Shown here: positions 50,935-63,364 of the stretch, piece by piece
Layout: every line of letters starts with the position of its first letter
How positions within the stretch are numbered: the stretch's first letter is position 1
Assembly (NCBI RefSeq): GCF_902713615.1
Contig: NC_052171.1
Location: 7,963,209 to 8,027,208, forward strand
From: Scyliorhinus canicula
Taxonomy: Eukaryota
DNA length: 64,000 nt
Reading direction: 5' to 3'
Position numbers and translations under genes: made by a program
Notes under the pieces: model-generated
The model's input: only the letters and a program-made list of their open reading frames with translations
What the model was told of the DNA's origin: nothing
The model's database searches: none

Positions 50935-52013
50935 GTGCTGAGGGAGTGCCGCACTGTCAGAGGGTCAGTACTGAGGGAGTGCCGCACTGTCAGAGGGTCA
51001 GTACTGAGGGAGTGCCGCACTGTCAGAGGGTCAGTACTGAGGGAGTGCCGCACTGTCAGAGGGTCAGTACTGAGGGAGTGCCGCACTGTCAGAGGGTCAG
51101 TACTGAGGGAGTGCGCACTGTCAGAGGGTCAGTACTGAGGGAGTGCCGCACTGTCAGAGGGTCAGTACTGAGGGAGTGCCGCACTGTCAGAGGGTCAGTA
51201 CTGAGGGAGTGCTGCACTGTCAGAGGGTCAGTACTGAGGGAGTGCTGCACTGTCAGAGGGTCAGTACTGAGGGGAGTGCCGCACTGTCAGAGGGTCAGCT
51301 ACTGAGGGAGTGCAGCACTATCACAGGGTCAGTACTGAGAGAGTGCCGCACTGTCAGAGGGTCTGTACTGAGGGAGTGCTGCACTGTCAGAGGGTCAGTA
51401 CTGAGGGAGTGCGCACTGTCAGAGGGTCAGTACTGAGGGAGTGCTGCACTGTCAGAGGGTCAGTACTGAGGGAGTGCTGCACTGTCAGAGGGTCAGTACT
51501 GAGGGAGTGCTGCACTGTCAGAGGGTCAGTACTGAGGGAACGCTGCACTGTCAGAGGGTCAGTACTGAGGGAGCGCTGCTCTGTCAGAGGGTCAGTACTG
51601 AGGGAGTGCCGCACTGTCAGAGGGTCAGTACTGAGGGAGTGCTGCACTGTCAGAGGGTCAGTACTGAGGGAGTGCCGCACTGTCAGAGGGTCAGTACTGA
51701 GGGAGTGCTGCACTGTCAGAGGGTCAGTACTGAGGGAGTGCTGCACTGTCAGAGGGTCAGTACTGAGGGAGTGCTGCTCTGTCAGAGGGTCAGTACTGAG
51801 GGAGTGCCGCACTGTCAGAGGGTCAGTACTGAGAGAGTGCCGCACTGTCAGAGGGTCAGTACTGAGGGAGTGCCGCACTGTCAGAGGGTCAGTACTGAGG
51901 GAGTGCCGCACTATCAGAGGGTCAGTACTGAAGGAGTGCAGCACTATCAGAGGGTCAGTACTGAAGGAGTGCAGCACTGTCAGAGGGTCAGTACTGAGGG
52001 AGGGCTGCACTGT
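50935..52013 (+). repeat. 33-bp minisatellite (~32 copies)
   Basis: Same unit as 15546; Deu-like tail at 52025-52170. Confidence 0.96.
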
Positions 52014-52354
52014 TGAGCACTACTGGAAGAAGAGAAGACAAGTTCTTTGCAATGTCCAGGCCAATATTTAACTCAACCAACACTTAAAACAAACGAACTG
52101 GCCAGTTTGGTCGGTGTGGTTTGTGGGATATTGCTGACGCACAATATTTACCTTCGTAACAGTATCTGCCTTTGGCCCATTGCAGTCAGCTGACAGGTTT
52201 AAAATGGAGGGACGTTGGTTTGCCGATGTTGGAAATGTTCCCTTCTCTGTGACACCTCGCCATATATTGTGCAGTTACTGGGAAATACAGCGATAGATTT
52301 TGACGGTGCTCCAGTATGTAATCTGTGAATAATGCAGTCACTTTTCTCTTGCAG

Positions 52355-53711
52355 ACCGTACCAATTGAAATGTCCCACTCGGAATGGCTATCGTGAGTTC
52401 AGCCAATCGGCCTGCCCAGCTCTGTCTGCTCAATCCTCCGGACAGCATCGCAATGGACGAAGGTTTGGGACTGGCGCTGTGCACCAATCAGTGCGTCAGA
52501 ATGGCAATGTCCAGCCATATTCCAACAATGAATACGGAACGGAGGAATTGTCCTGGAGGAGTGGTCAGCCCGCGGCCTCACGGTGGAGCGGTCAATCTGA
52601 AGCCTCACAGTGGAGCGGTCAGCCCGCGGCCTCACAGTGGAGCGGTCAGCCCGAAGCCTCACGGTGGAGCGGTCAGCCCGAAGCCTCACGGAGGAGCGGT
52701 CAGCCCGAAGCCTCACGGTGGAGCGGTCAGCCCGAAGCCTCACGGTGGAGCGGTCAGACCGCGGACACACAGTGGAGCGGTCAGACCGCGGCCGTGCGGT
52801 GGAGCGATCAGGCCGAAGCCTCACAGTGGAGCGGTCAGTCTGAGGCCTTGCGGTGGAGTGGTCAGCCCGCGGCCTCACAGAGGAGCGGTCAGCCCGAGTC
52901 CTCACAGTGGAGCGGTCAGCCCGAGTCCTCACAGTGGAGCGGTCAGCCCGAGTCCTCGCGGTGGAGCGGTCAGTCCGAGGCCTCACGATGGAGTGGTCAG
53001 CCCGCGGCCTCACAGTGGAGCGGTCAGCCCGAGTCCTCACGGTGGAGCGGTCAATCCGAGGCCTCACAATGGAGCGGTCAGCCCACGGCCTCACGGTGGA
53101 GCGGTCAGTCCAAGGCCTCACGGTGGAGCGGTCAGTCCGAAGCCTCACAGCAGAGCGGTCAGCCCGCGGCCTCACAGCAGAGCGGTCAGCCCGCGGCCTC
53201 ACAGTGGAGCGGTCAGCCCGCGGCCTCACAGCAGAGCGGTCAGCCCGCGGCCTCACAGCGGAGTGGTCAGCCCGCGGCCTCACAGTGGAGCGCTCAGCCC
53301 GCGGCCTCGCAGCGGAGCGGTCAGCCCGCGGCTTCACGGTGGAGCGGTCAGTCCAAGGCCTCACGGTGGAGCGGTCAGTCCGAAGCCTCTCAGCAGAGCG
53401 GTCAGCCCGCGGCCTCACAGTGGAGCGGTCAGCCCGCGGCCTCACAGCAGAGCGGTCAGCCCGCGGCCTCACAGTGGAGCGGTCAGCCCGCGGCCTCACA
53501 GTGGAGCGGTCAGCCCGCGGCCTCACAGTGGAGCGGTCAGCCCGCGGCCTCACAGTGGAGCGGTCAGCCCGCGGCCTCACAGCGGAGCGGTCAGCCCCAA
53601 CCCCCCTGGCAGAGTTATCAGCCACCACAAGCTGGACGGGGCAGGAGAGACTGGAAAGTGAACGCTGGCGGTCAGGACAGACTGAGTGCACATCGACAAT
53701 GGGACAACTGA
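52355..53711 (+). CDS. DUSP11: DUSP11 terminal exon with 9-aa tandem repeat
   Basis: cttttctcttgcag|A CCG in phase 2 matches the exon 7 and exon 8 donors; 1357 nt to TGA; total CDS 1989 nt (662 aa from 40892). Confidence 0.7.
52558..53600 (+). repeat. 27-bp coding minisatellite (~38-39 copies)
   Basis: Unit TGGAGCGGTCAGCCCGCGGCCTCACAG, with no indels. Confidence 0.95.
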
Positions 53712-54707
53712 AGTGGAAACAGGAAAGATTGTAGTCCTATAATTTGCTGATGTGTGAACAGATTTCACAATGCTTTCTTTTATAAATATTGATTCTAAAA
53801 TATGGTTCACCATGAAACTGTGCAGCTAACTGGGAGCTGGCTTGTGCCTCATCTGTCAATGCCAAGCACTTGTTTCACCTTGCACATGAGGCTCCTCGCT
53901 CATTGCCTGACACCACGTCACAATGAGCGAGTCTTTTAACATTTTATATTCTGCTTCTGAGGTTGATGCACAACCTGACCGGCGGTTTTACCCAGGCCAG
54001 ACGGTCGAAAAATCTTAAATATTATGTTACGTTAGCCCTGCAGCCTCACGGCGCCAAGGACCCGGTTAGATCCTGGCTCTGGGTCACTGTCCGTGAGGAG
54101 TTTGTACATTCTCCCCGTGTCTGTGTGGGTCTCACCCCCACAATCCAAAAGATGTGCAGGTTAGGTGGATTGGCCACGCTAAATTGCCCCTTACTTGGGT
54201 ACTCTAAATTTGTTTTAAAAAAAGATGTATTTGAAGCTGGATTTCATTTTAAATTGTTCCTTTTAAATTATTTAATTCCCATCCCGTTCAGCCACCTTTG
54301 AACCGTGCTCTGCCCAAATCCACTGACCCCGGCTATTTGGCGGTGGAATGTGTTTCAGGATCAGTTCCTGATCGCTGGGCTCTGGTGCCATTGCGGAGGT
54401 CAGGCTTGGCTCCGTGCCTTGCCCGTGCAATGTGCCAGCCTGCCGCCTCTCTCTGTCTTGTCTCATGGGGTAAGCACTGTCGGCCAGTGCCTCCGTGAGA
54501 TAAGCCTGTCCTTATTCTCTGCTCGTCAGTTACCTGAACCAAAAGTGGCCTCTTATTGCACCAGCTTCTCCCAGACCTCTCCGCATTGACACGAGGCAAA
54601 GTTCAGCCCTTTTTTTTTAAACAAACAAATTGTCTTAAAAATGTTCTTTTTTAAAGAATTTTCAGAATTGTTTTATCTTCACACACTGCGCAAAATCTTA
54701 ATTCAGA

Positions 54708-54713
54708 AATAAA
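54708..54713 (+). terminator. Candidate poly(A) signal AATAAA for DUSP11
   Basis: AATAAA ~1 kb after the stop, following a U-rich stretch. Confidence 0.5.
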
Positions 54714-54876
54714 GGAGTTTCCTAGTCCGCTGGCTGCAGTTTTCTCATCCCAAGCATCGTGGACATGAGGGGTTCATTTTGAATTGTTGCTGCTCCCGGC
54801 AGGCTCCGGATCTGCTTTGATTAAACTCACTCACTGAAGCTTGCAGATTGATAGAGGGATAGGAAGCAAGGAGTTT

Positions 54877-56050
54877 GGGGGCAGCAGGGTAGCATGGTGG
54901 TTAGCATAAATGCTTCACAGCTCCAGGGTCCCAGGTTTGATTCCCGGCTGGGTCACTGTCTGTGTGGAGTCTGCACGTCCTCCCCCTGTGTGCGTGGGTT
55001 TCCTCCGGGTGCTCCGGTTTCCTCCCACAGTCCAAAGATGTGCGGGTTAGGTGGATTGGCCATGCTAAATTGCCCGTAGTGTCCTAATAAAAGTAAGGTT
55101 AAGGGGGGGTTGTTGGGTTACGGGTATAGGGTGGATACGTGGGTTTGAGTAGGGTGATCATGGCTCGGCACAACATTGAGGGCTGAAGGGCCTGTTCTGT
55201 GCTGTACTGTTCTATGTTCTATGAGTATCGAATGAGGCAGAGAAATGGCAAATGGAGTTTAATCCAGACAAATGTGAGGTAATAATGCATTTCGGTAGGT
55301 CTAACATAAGAAGGGAAATATACCGTTAATGGCAAAACTCTTAGGAATATAAAACGTCAGAGAGCTCTGGGCGTGCAGGTCCACAGATCTTTGCAAGTGG
55401 CAACACAAGTGGACAAGGTAGTCAAGAAAGCAGACTGAATGCTTGCCTTCATTGGACGGGGCATCGAGTATAAAAACTGGCAAGTCATGCTGCAGTTGGA
55501 TAGAACCTTGGTAAGGCAGCACTGGGAATATTGCGCACAATTCTGGTCGCCACACTACCAGAAGGATGTGGAGGCTTTGGAGAGGGTGCAGAGGAGGTTT
55601 ACCTGGATGTTGCCTGGTCTGGAGGGTGTTAGCTATGTGGAGGGGCTGAATAGACTCTGACTGTTTTCATTAGAGGTTGAGAGGGTGACCTGTTGGAGGC
55701 CTACAAGATTATGAGGGGCATGGATAGAGTGGATGGGCAGGAACTCTTTCCCAGGGTGGAGGGGTCAGTCACCAGGGGGCATAGGTTTAAGGTCCGTGGG
55801 GCAAAGTTTAGAGGAGATGTGCGAGGCAGGTTTTTTACATAGAGGGTGGTGAGTGCCTGGAACACGTTGCCAGGGGAGGTTGTGGAAGCAGATACATTAA
55901 CGGCGTTCAAAAGGCATCTTGACAAACACATGGATAGGATGGGTATAGAGGGATACGGCACAAGGAAGGGCTGAGGGGTTTGGCAAAGGGTGGTTATCAT
56001 GGCCGGTACAGGCTTGGAGGGCCGAAGGGCCTGTTCCTCTGCTGTATTCT
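54877..56050 (+). mobile_element. Full-length SINE (54877-55221) followed by CR1 3' fragment
   Basis: V core; LAFIGRGIEYK...EYCAQFWSPHYQKDV motif. Confidence 0.88.
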
Positions 56051-56621
56051 TTGTAGCACTTGGTTGGAGCCGTATGGGTCACCCGAAGAGTGTGATAACA
56101 AGCCAAACCGGCAGTGCTAACTGGTCACCATCGAGGTCTTTCGTATCTGGTGGGCACCACCGGGTCTGAAGTATTTTGTTGACCCTTTTAATCACATTTG
56201 AGTTTGATGTTTTCCGTTTCATTTGCTTTGTTTTTGTTTGGGGCAGAACCCCTTTAAGGGGCTGCCCCTTTAATTTGTCCCTCAGTTTGTTTGATTGGTT
56301 CAAGCAAAATAGTTGGCATTGGAAGTAGGGCTGTAGAAGATCATGTCTGCTCTTGCTTCAGAGTGACACTGCATCCTCCACCTCACCCGTCCCCAGTGTG
56401 TCACCCATTAAATGAGGTCTGGAAGGTCTTGTCTTTCACTGTACATCCATGTATGGAGTATGTTCAGCGAGTTTCTGTCAGAATATAAAGGAGGCAGTGC
56501 CGAGACCATCGACCGGATTGGAGCTGAAGGTGAGAGGAACCTGCAGACACATCCGAAGGTGGCTTCCATTTCGCACTTCCTGTCAGCCCAGGTCAGGAAT
56601 GTAGCCGTTTAATGTTGGGGC

Positions 56622-59600
56622 TGCTCAGGGCAGCTCCAGAACCTACCCAGCTCAAGGGCAGCGCCAGAACCTCACTGGGTCAGGGCAGATCCAGAACCTT
56701 CCTAGCTCAGGGCAGCTCCAGAACCTCCCGATCAGGGCAGCTCTAGAACCCACAACCTCCCAGCTCAGGGCCGCTCCAGAACATACCCCGCTCAGGGAAG
56801 ATTCAGAACCTCCCTAGCTCAGGGCAGATCCAGACCCCCCCCCCCCCCCCCCCCCCGTGGCTCAGGGCAGCTCTAGTTCCTGACCCTCCCCAGCTCAGGG
56901 AAACTACAGAACCCAGACTCTTCCCAGCTCAGGGCAGTTCCAGAACCTCCCCAGCGCAGGGCAGCTGCAGAACCTCCCTAGCTCAGGCCAGATCTAGAAC
57001 CTCAGCTCAGGGCAGCTCCAGAACCTCCCCAGCTCAGGGCAGTGCCAGAACCTCCCCAGCTCAGGGCAGCTCCAGAAACTCTCCAGCTCAGGGCAGCTCT
57101 AGAAACTCCCCAGCTCAGGGCAGCTCCAGAACCTTCCCAGCTCAGGGCAGCTCCAGAACCTCCCCAGCTCAGGGCAGCACCAGAACCTCCCCAGCTCAGG
57201 GCAGCTCCAGAACACAGACCCTCCCCAGCTCAGGGCAGCTCCAGAATCTCCCCATCTCAGGGCAGCTCTAGAACCCAGAACCTTCCTAGCCCTGGGCAGC
57301 TCCAGAACCTCACTAGCTCAGGGCAGATCCAGAACCTCCCCAGCTCAGGGCAACTTCAGAACCTCCCTAGCTCAGGGAAGATCCAGAACCTCCCCAGTTC
57401 AGGGCAGCTCCAGAACCTCCCCAGCTCAGGGAAGCTCCAGAACCTTCCTCGCTCAGGGCAGATCCAGAACCTCCCTAGCTCAGGGCAGATCAAGAACCTC
57501 CCCAGCTCAGGGCAGCTCCAGCCACCCTCCCCCAGCTCAGGGCATTTCCAGAACCTCCCCAGCTCATGACAGCTCTAGAACCCAGACCATCCCCAGCTCA
57601 GAGCAGCTCCAGGACCTCCCCAGCTCTGGGCAGCTCCAGACCCCCTCCCCCAGTTCAGGGCAGCTCCAGAACCTCCCCAACTCAGGGCAGCTCTAGAACC
57701 CAGAGCCTCCCCCAGCTCGGCAGCTCTAGAACCAAGACCCCCGGCAGCTCCAGAACCTCCCTAGCTCAGGGCAGATTCAGAACCTCCCCAGCTCAGAGCA
57801 GCTCCAGAACCTCCCCAGCTCAGGGCAGCTCTAGAACCCAGAGCCTCCCCAGCTCAGAGCAGCTCCAGAACCTCCCCAGCGCAGGGCAGCTGCAGAACCT
57901 CCCTAGCTCAGGTCGGATCTAGAACCTCAGCTCAGGGCAGCTCCAGAACCTCCCCAGCTCAGGGCAGTGCCAGAACCTCCCCAGCTCAGGGCAGTGCCAG
58001 AACCTCCCCAGCTCAGGGCAGTGCCAGAACCTCCCCAGCTCAGGGCAGCTCCAGGAACTCTCCAGCTCAGGGCAGCTCTAGAAACTCCCCAGCTCAGGGC
58101 AGCTCCAGAACCTCCCCAGCTCAGGGCAGCTCCAGAACCTCCCCAGCTCATGGCAGCACCAGAACCTCCCCAGCTCAGGGCAGCTCCAGAACACAGACCC
58201 TCCCCAGCTCAGGGCAGCTCCAGAATCTCCCCATCTCAGGGCAGCTCTAGAACCCAGAACCTTCCTAGCCCTGGGCAGCTCCAGAACCTCACTAGCTCAG
58301 GGCAGATCCAGAACCTCCCCAGCTCAGGGCAGATCCAGAACCTCCCCAGTTCAGGGCAGCTCCAGAACCTCCCCAGCTCAGGGAAGCTCCAGAACCTTCC
58401 TCGCTCACGGCAGATCCAGAACCTCCCTAGCTCAGGGCAGATCAAGAACCTCCCCAGCTCAGGGCAGCTCCAGACACCTTCCCCCAGCTCAGGGCATTTC
58501 CAGAACCTCCCCAGCTCATGACAGCTCTAGAACCCAGACCCTCCCCAGCTCAGAGCAGCTTCAGGACCTCCCCAGCTCTGGGCAGCTCCAGACCCCCTCC
58601 CCCAGTTCAGGGCAGCTCCAGAACCTCCCCAACTCAGGGCAGCTCTAGAACCCAGAGCCTCCCCCAGCTCAGGGCAGCTCTAGAACCAAGACCCCCGGCA
58701 GCTCCAGAACCTCCCTAGCTCAGGGCAGATTCAGAACCTCCCCAGCTCAGGGCAGCTCCAGAACCTCCCCAGCTCAAAGAAGCTCCAGACCCCCCCCCCC
58801 CCAGTTCAGGGCAGACCCAGAACCTCCCTAGCTCAGGGCAGCTCCAGAACCTCCCTAGCTCAGGGCAGCTCTAGAACCCAGAATCTACCCAGCTCAGGGC
58901 AGCTCCAGAACCCAGACCCTCCCCAGTTCAGGGCAGCTCCAGAACCTCCCCAGCTCAGGACAGCTCCAGATCCTCCCTAGCTCAGGTCAGCTCCAGAACC
59001 TCCCCAGCTCTAGGACCCAGAACCCCCCCCCCCCCAGCTCAGGGCAGCTCCAGAACCTCCCCAGCTCCGGGGAGCTCTAGAACCCAAAACGTCCCCAGCT
59101 CAGGGCAGCTCTAGAACCCAGACCCTCCCCAGCTCAGAGCAGCTCCAGAACCTCCCCAGCTCAGGGCAGCTCTAGAACCCAGAGCCTCCCCAGCTCAGGG
59201 CAGCTCCAGAACCCAGACTCCCCCCCCCCCCCAGTTCAGGGCAGCTCCAGAACCTCCCCAGCTCAGGGCAGCTCCAGAACCTCCCCAGCTCCAGGACTTC
59301 CCTAGCTCAGGTCAGCTCCAGAACCTCCCCAGCTCAGGGCAGCTCTAGAACCGAACTCAGAGCAGCTCCAGAACCTCCTCAGCTCAGGGCAGCTCTAGAA
59401 CCCAGAGCCTCCCCAGCTCACGGCACCTCCAGAACCCAGACTCCCCCCAGTTCAGGGCAGCTCCAGAACCTCCCTAGCTCAGGGCAGCTCCAGAACCTCC
59501 CCAGCTCAGGGCAGCTCCAGAACCCAGACCCTCCCCAGCTCAGGGCAGCTCCAGAACCTCCCCAGCTTAGGGCAGCTCTAAAACCCAGACCCTCCCCAGC

Positions 59601-60285
59601 TCAGAGCAGCTCCAGAACCTCCCCAGCTCAGGGCAGCTCTAGAACCCAGAGCCTCCCCAGCTCAGGCCAGCTTCAGAACCCAGACTCCCCCCAGTTCAGG
59701 GCAGCTTCAGAACCTCCCTAGCTCAGGGCAGCTCCAGAACCTCCCCAGCTCAGGGCAGCTCCAGAACCCAGACCCTCCCCAGCTCAGGGCAGCTCCAGAA
59801 CCTCCCCAGCTTAGGGCAGCTCTAGAACCCAGACCCTCCCCAGCTCAGAGCAGCTCCAGAACCTCCCCAGCTCAGGGCAGCTCTAGAACCCAGAGCCTCC
59901 CCAGCTCAGGCCAGCTTCAGAACCCAGACTCCCCCCCCCAGTTCAGGGCAGCTTCAGAACCTCCCTAGCTCAGGGCAGCTCCAGAACCTCCCCAGCTCAG
60001 GGCAGCTCCAAAACCTAGACCCTCCCCAGCTCAGGGCAGCTCCAGAACCTCCCCAGCTCAGGGCACCTCCAGGACCTCCCTGGCTCAGGTCAGCTCCAGA
60101 ACCTCCCCAGCTCAGGGCAGCTCTAGAACCCAAAACCATCCCAGCTCAGGGTAGCTCCAGAACCTCCCCAGCTCAGGACAGCTCCAAAACCTCCCCAGCT
60201 CAGGGCAGCTCTAGAACCCAGAACATCCCCAGCTCGGGGCAGCTCTAGAACTCAGAACCTCCCCAGCTCAGGGCAGCTCCAGAAC
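56622..60285 (+). repeat. 27/34-bp minisatellite, 3.7 kb
   Basis: Unit cagctcagggcagctccagaacctcccc with ~7-bp insertion variants; ~950-bp internal duplication. Confidence 0.95.
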
Positions 60286-60287
60286 CA

Positions 60288-60652
60288 CGCGCTGTGATTG
60301 GTCAGGGGGCTGGGCTTGCTGACAGGCCGTGTTGTGATTGGTCAGGGGGCGGGGCTTGCTGACCGTGGTCTGATCAGTGGGCGGGGCTTGCTAACAGGCG
60401 CGCTGTGATTGGTCAGGTGGTGGAGCTTGCTGACGCCGCGCTGTGATTGGTCAGGGGGCGGGGCTTTCTGACACCTTGCTGATTGATCAGGAGGCGGGCT
60501 TGCTAACAGGCGCGCTGTGATTGGTCAGGTGGTGGAGCTTGCTGACGCCGCGCTGTGATTGATCAAGGGGCGGGGCTTGCCGATAGGCCGCGCCGTGATT
60601 GGTCAGGCGGCGGGTCTTGCTGATGTCACGCTGTGATTGGTCAGGGGGCGAG
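60288..60652. promoter_or_regulatory. Tandem CCAAT + GC-box array (~10 units of ~32-40 bp)
   Basis: ATTGG at 60297, 60337, 60408, 60446, 60520, 60598 and 60636, several followed by GGGGCGGGG-like boxes. Confidence 0.65.
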
Positions 60653-60679
60653 GTTTCCCATGATACAGCTGCGGTAGGC

Positions 60680-60763
60680 GGGGCAGAGGCCCAGTTGCTG
60701 TTGCTCATCCCGCCTGCAGTGAGCTGGGAGCGGAGCCAGCGCCGGAGCGAGAGAGCTGGGCGG
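60680..60763 (+). other. Probable non-coding first exon of an unidentified gene
   Basis: Unique CpG-rich stretch after the CCAAT array, ending in cgg|gtgagt; start approximate. Confidence 0.45.
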
Positions 60764-60914
60764 GTGAGTGAGGGATGGCGGCGCCCCTCCTCCTTCCTCC
60801 TTTCCGTTTTATATCCTCCCTCCCCGGAGCTGAGGCGGGACTCCCGGAAGGGAGATCCGGGACGGCAGCACCCCATAGCGGCCAGAACTGGCACCACTCT
60901 CCGGGCTGGACCTC

Positions 60915-61730
60915 CGGCCCCTCCCCACTGAGACCAGGCCCCGCCCCACTGAGACCAGGCCCCGCCCCACTGAGACCAGGCCCCGCCCCACTGAGACCAG
61001 GCCCCGCCCCGGCAACCAGACCCCGCCCGACTGAGACCAGGCCCCGCCTGACTGAGACCAGGCCCCGCCCCACTGAGACCAGGCCCCGCCCCACTGAGAC
61101 CAGGCCCTGCCCCACTGAGACCAGACCCCGCCCCGGCAACCAGGCCCCGCCCCACTGAGACCTGCCCCTGGCAACCAGGCCCCGCCCCACTGAGACCAGG
61201 CCCCACCCCACTGAGACCAGGCCCTGCCCCCGGCAACCAGGCCCCGCCCCACTGAGACCAGACCCCGCCCCGGCAACCAGGCCCCGCCCCACTGAGACCT
61301 GCCCCTGGCAACCAGGCCCCGCCCCACTGAGACCAGGCCCCACCCCACTGAGACCAGGCCCTGCCCCCGGCAACCCGGCCCCTCCCCACTGAGACCAGGC
61401 CCCGCCCCACTGAGACCAGGCCCCGCCCCACTGAGACCAGGCCCCGCCCCACTGAGACCAGGCCCCGCCCCACTGAGACCAGGCCCCGCCCCACTGAGAC
61501 CAGGCCCCGCCCCACTGAGACCAGGCCCCGCCCCACTGAGACCAGGCCCCGCCCCACTGAGACCAGGCCCCACCCACTGAGACCAGGCCCCGCCCCCCTG
61601 AGAACAGGCCCCGCCCCACTGAGACCAGGCCCCGCCCCACTGTGACCAGGCCCCGCCCCACTGAGACCAGGCCCCGCCCCACTGAGACCAGGCCCCGCCC
61701 CACTGAGACCAGGCCCCGCCCCGGCAACCT
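60915..61730. repeat. 21-bp GC-box minisatellite
   Basis: Unit gagaccaggccccgccccact. Confidence 0.95.
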
Positions 61731-61859
61731 GACCCTTGCCCCTGGCTACCCGGCCATTCCCCCGGCAACCTGCCCCTGGCTATCCGGCCATGCCCCCGGC
61801 AACCTGGCCCTGCCCCTGACAACAGGGCACCTCCTCCAGAGAACCATGCCCCCAACTTC

Positions 61860-63300
61860 TGACAACCAGACCCCCCTCCCCGTGACAACCAGATCCCTCC
61901 CCGTGACAACCAGATCCCTCCCCGTGACAACCAGACCCCTCCCCGTGACAACCAGACCCCTCCCCGTGACAACCAGACCCCTCCCCGTGACAACCAGACC
62001 CCTCCCCGTGACAACCAGACCGCTCCCCGTGACAACCAGACCCCTCCCCGTGACAACCAGACCCCTCCCCGTGACAACCAGACCCCTCCCCGTGACAACC
62101 AGACCCCTCCCCGTGACAACCAGACCCCTCCCCGTGACAACCAGACCCCTCCCCGTGACAACCAGACCCCCCTCCCCGTGACAACCAGACCCCCCTCCCC
62201 GTGACAACCAGATCCCTCCCCGTGACAACCAGACCCCCCTCCCAGTCACAATCAGACCGCTCCCCGTGACAACCCCCCTCCCCGTGACAACCAGACCCCC
62301 CTCCCCGTGACAACCAGATCCCTTCCCGTGACAACCAGACCCCCTTCCCCGTGACAACCAGACCCCCTTCCCCGTGACAACCAGACCACTCCCCGTGACA
62401 ACCAGACCCCCTCCCCGTGACAACCAGACCACTCCCCGTGACAACCAGACCACTCCCCGTGACAACCAGACCCCTCCCCCGTGACAACCAGACCCCTCCC
62501 CGTGACAACCAGACCGCTCCCCGTGACAACCCCGCTCCTCGTGACTACCCCACTCCCCGTGACAACCCCCCTCCCCGTGACAACCAGACCCCCCCTCCCC
62601 GTGACAACCAGACCCCCCTCCCCGTGACAACCAGACCCCCCTCCTCCCTGTGACAACCAGACCCGTCCCCATGACAACCAGACCCCCCTCCCCGTGACAA
62701 CCAGAACCCTGCCCCGTGACAACCAGACCCCCCTCCCAGTGACAACCAGACCGCTCCCCGTGACAACCCCCCTCCCCGTGACAACCAGACCCTCTCCCCG
62801 TGACAACCAGATCCTCTCCCCGTGACAACCAGAACCCCTCCCCGTGACAACCAGACCCCCCCTCCCCGTGACAACCAGACCCCCCCTCCCCGTGACAACC
62901 AGACCCCCCCTCCCCGTGACAACCAGACCCCCCTCCCCGTGACAACCAGACCCTCTCCCCGTGACAACCAGACCCTCTCCCCGTGACAACCAGAACCCCT
63001 CCCCGTGACAACCGGACCCCTTCCCGTGACAACCAGACCCCTCCCCGTGACAACCAGATCCCTCCCCGTGACAACCAGACCCCCCCCTCCCCGTGACAAC
63101 CAGACCCCCCCTCCCCGTGACAACCAGACCCCCCTCCCCGTGACAACCAGACCCCTCCCCGTGACAACCAGACCCCTCCCCGTGACAACCTGACCCCTCC
63201 CCGTGACAACCGGACCCGTCCCCGTGACAACCGGACCTGTCCCCGTGACAACCAGACCCGTCCCCATGACAACCAGCTCCACGTGACAACCAGACCCCGT
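61860..63300. repeat. 21-24-bp C-rich minisatellite
   Basis: Unit ccccgtgacaaccagacccct. Confidence 0.95.
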
Positions 63301-63364
63301 CCCTGGTTGGAGGTAGCCAACGTGCTTATGCTCAATGAGGGTGTTGAAGTCAATGTCATGTATT

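Noticed and set aside
52384-53691. Alternative-frame and antisense ORFs over the 27-bp repeat
   Set aside because: Only the 52332 frame matches the phase of the upstream DUSP11 donors; the others are open because the unit lacks stops.
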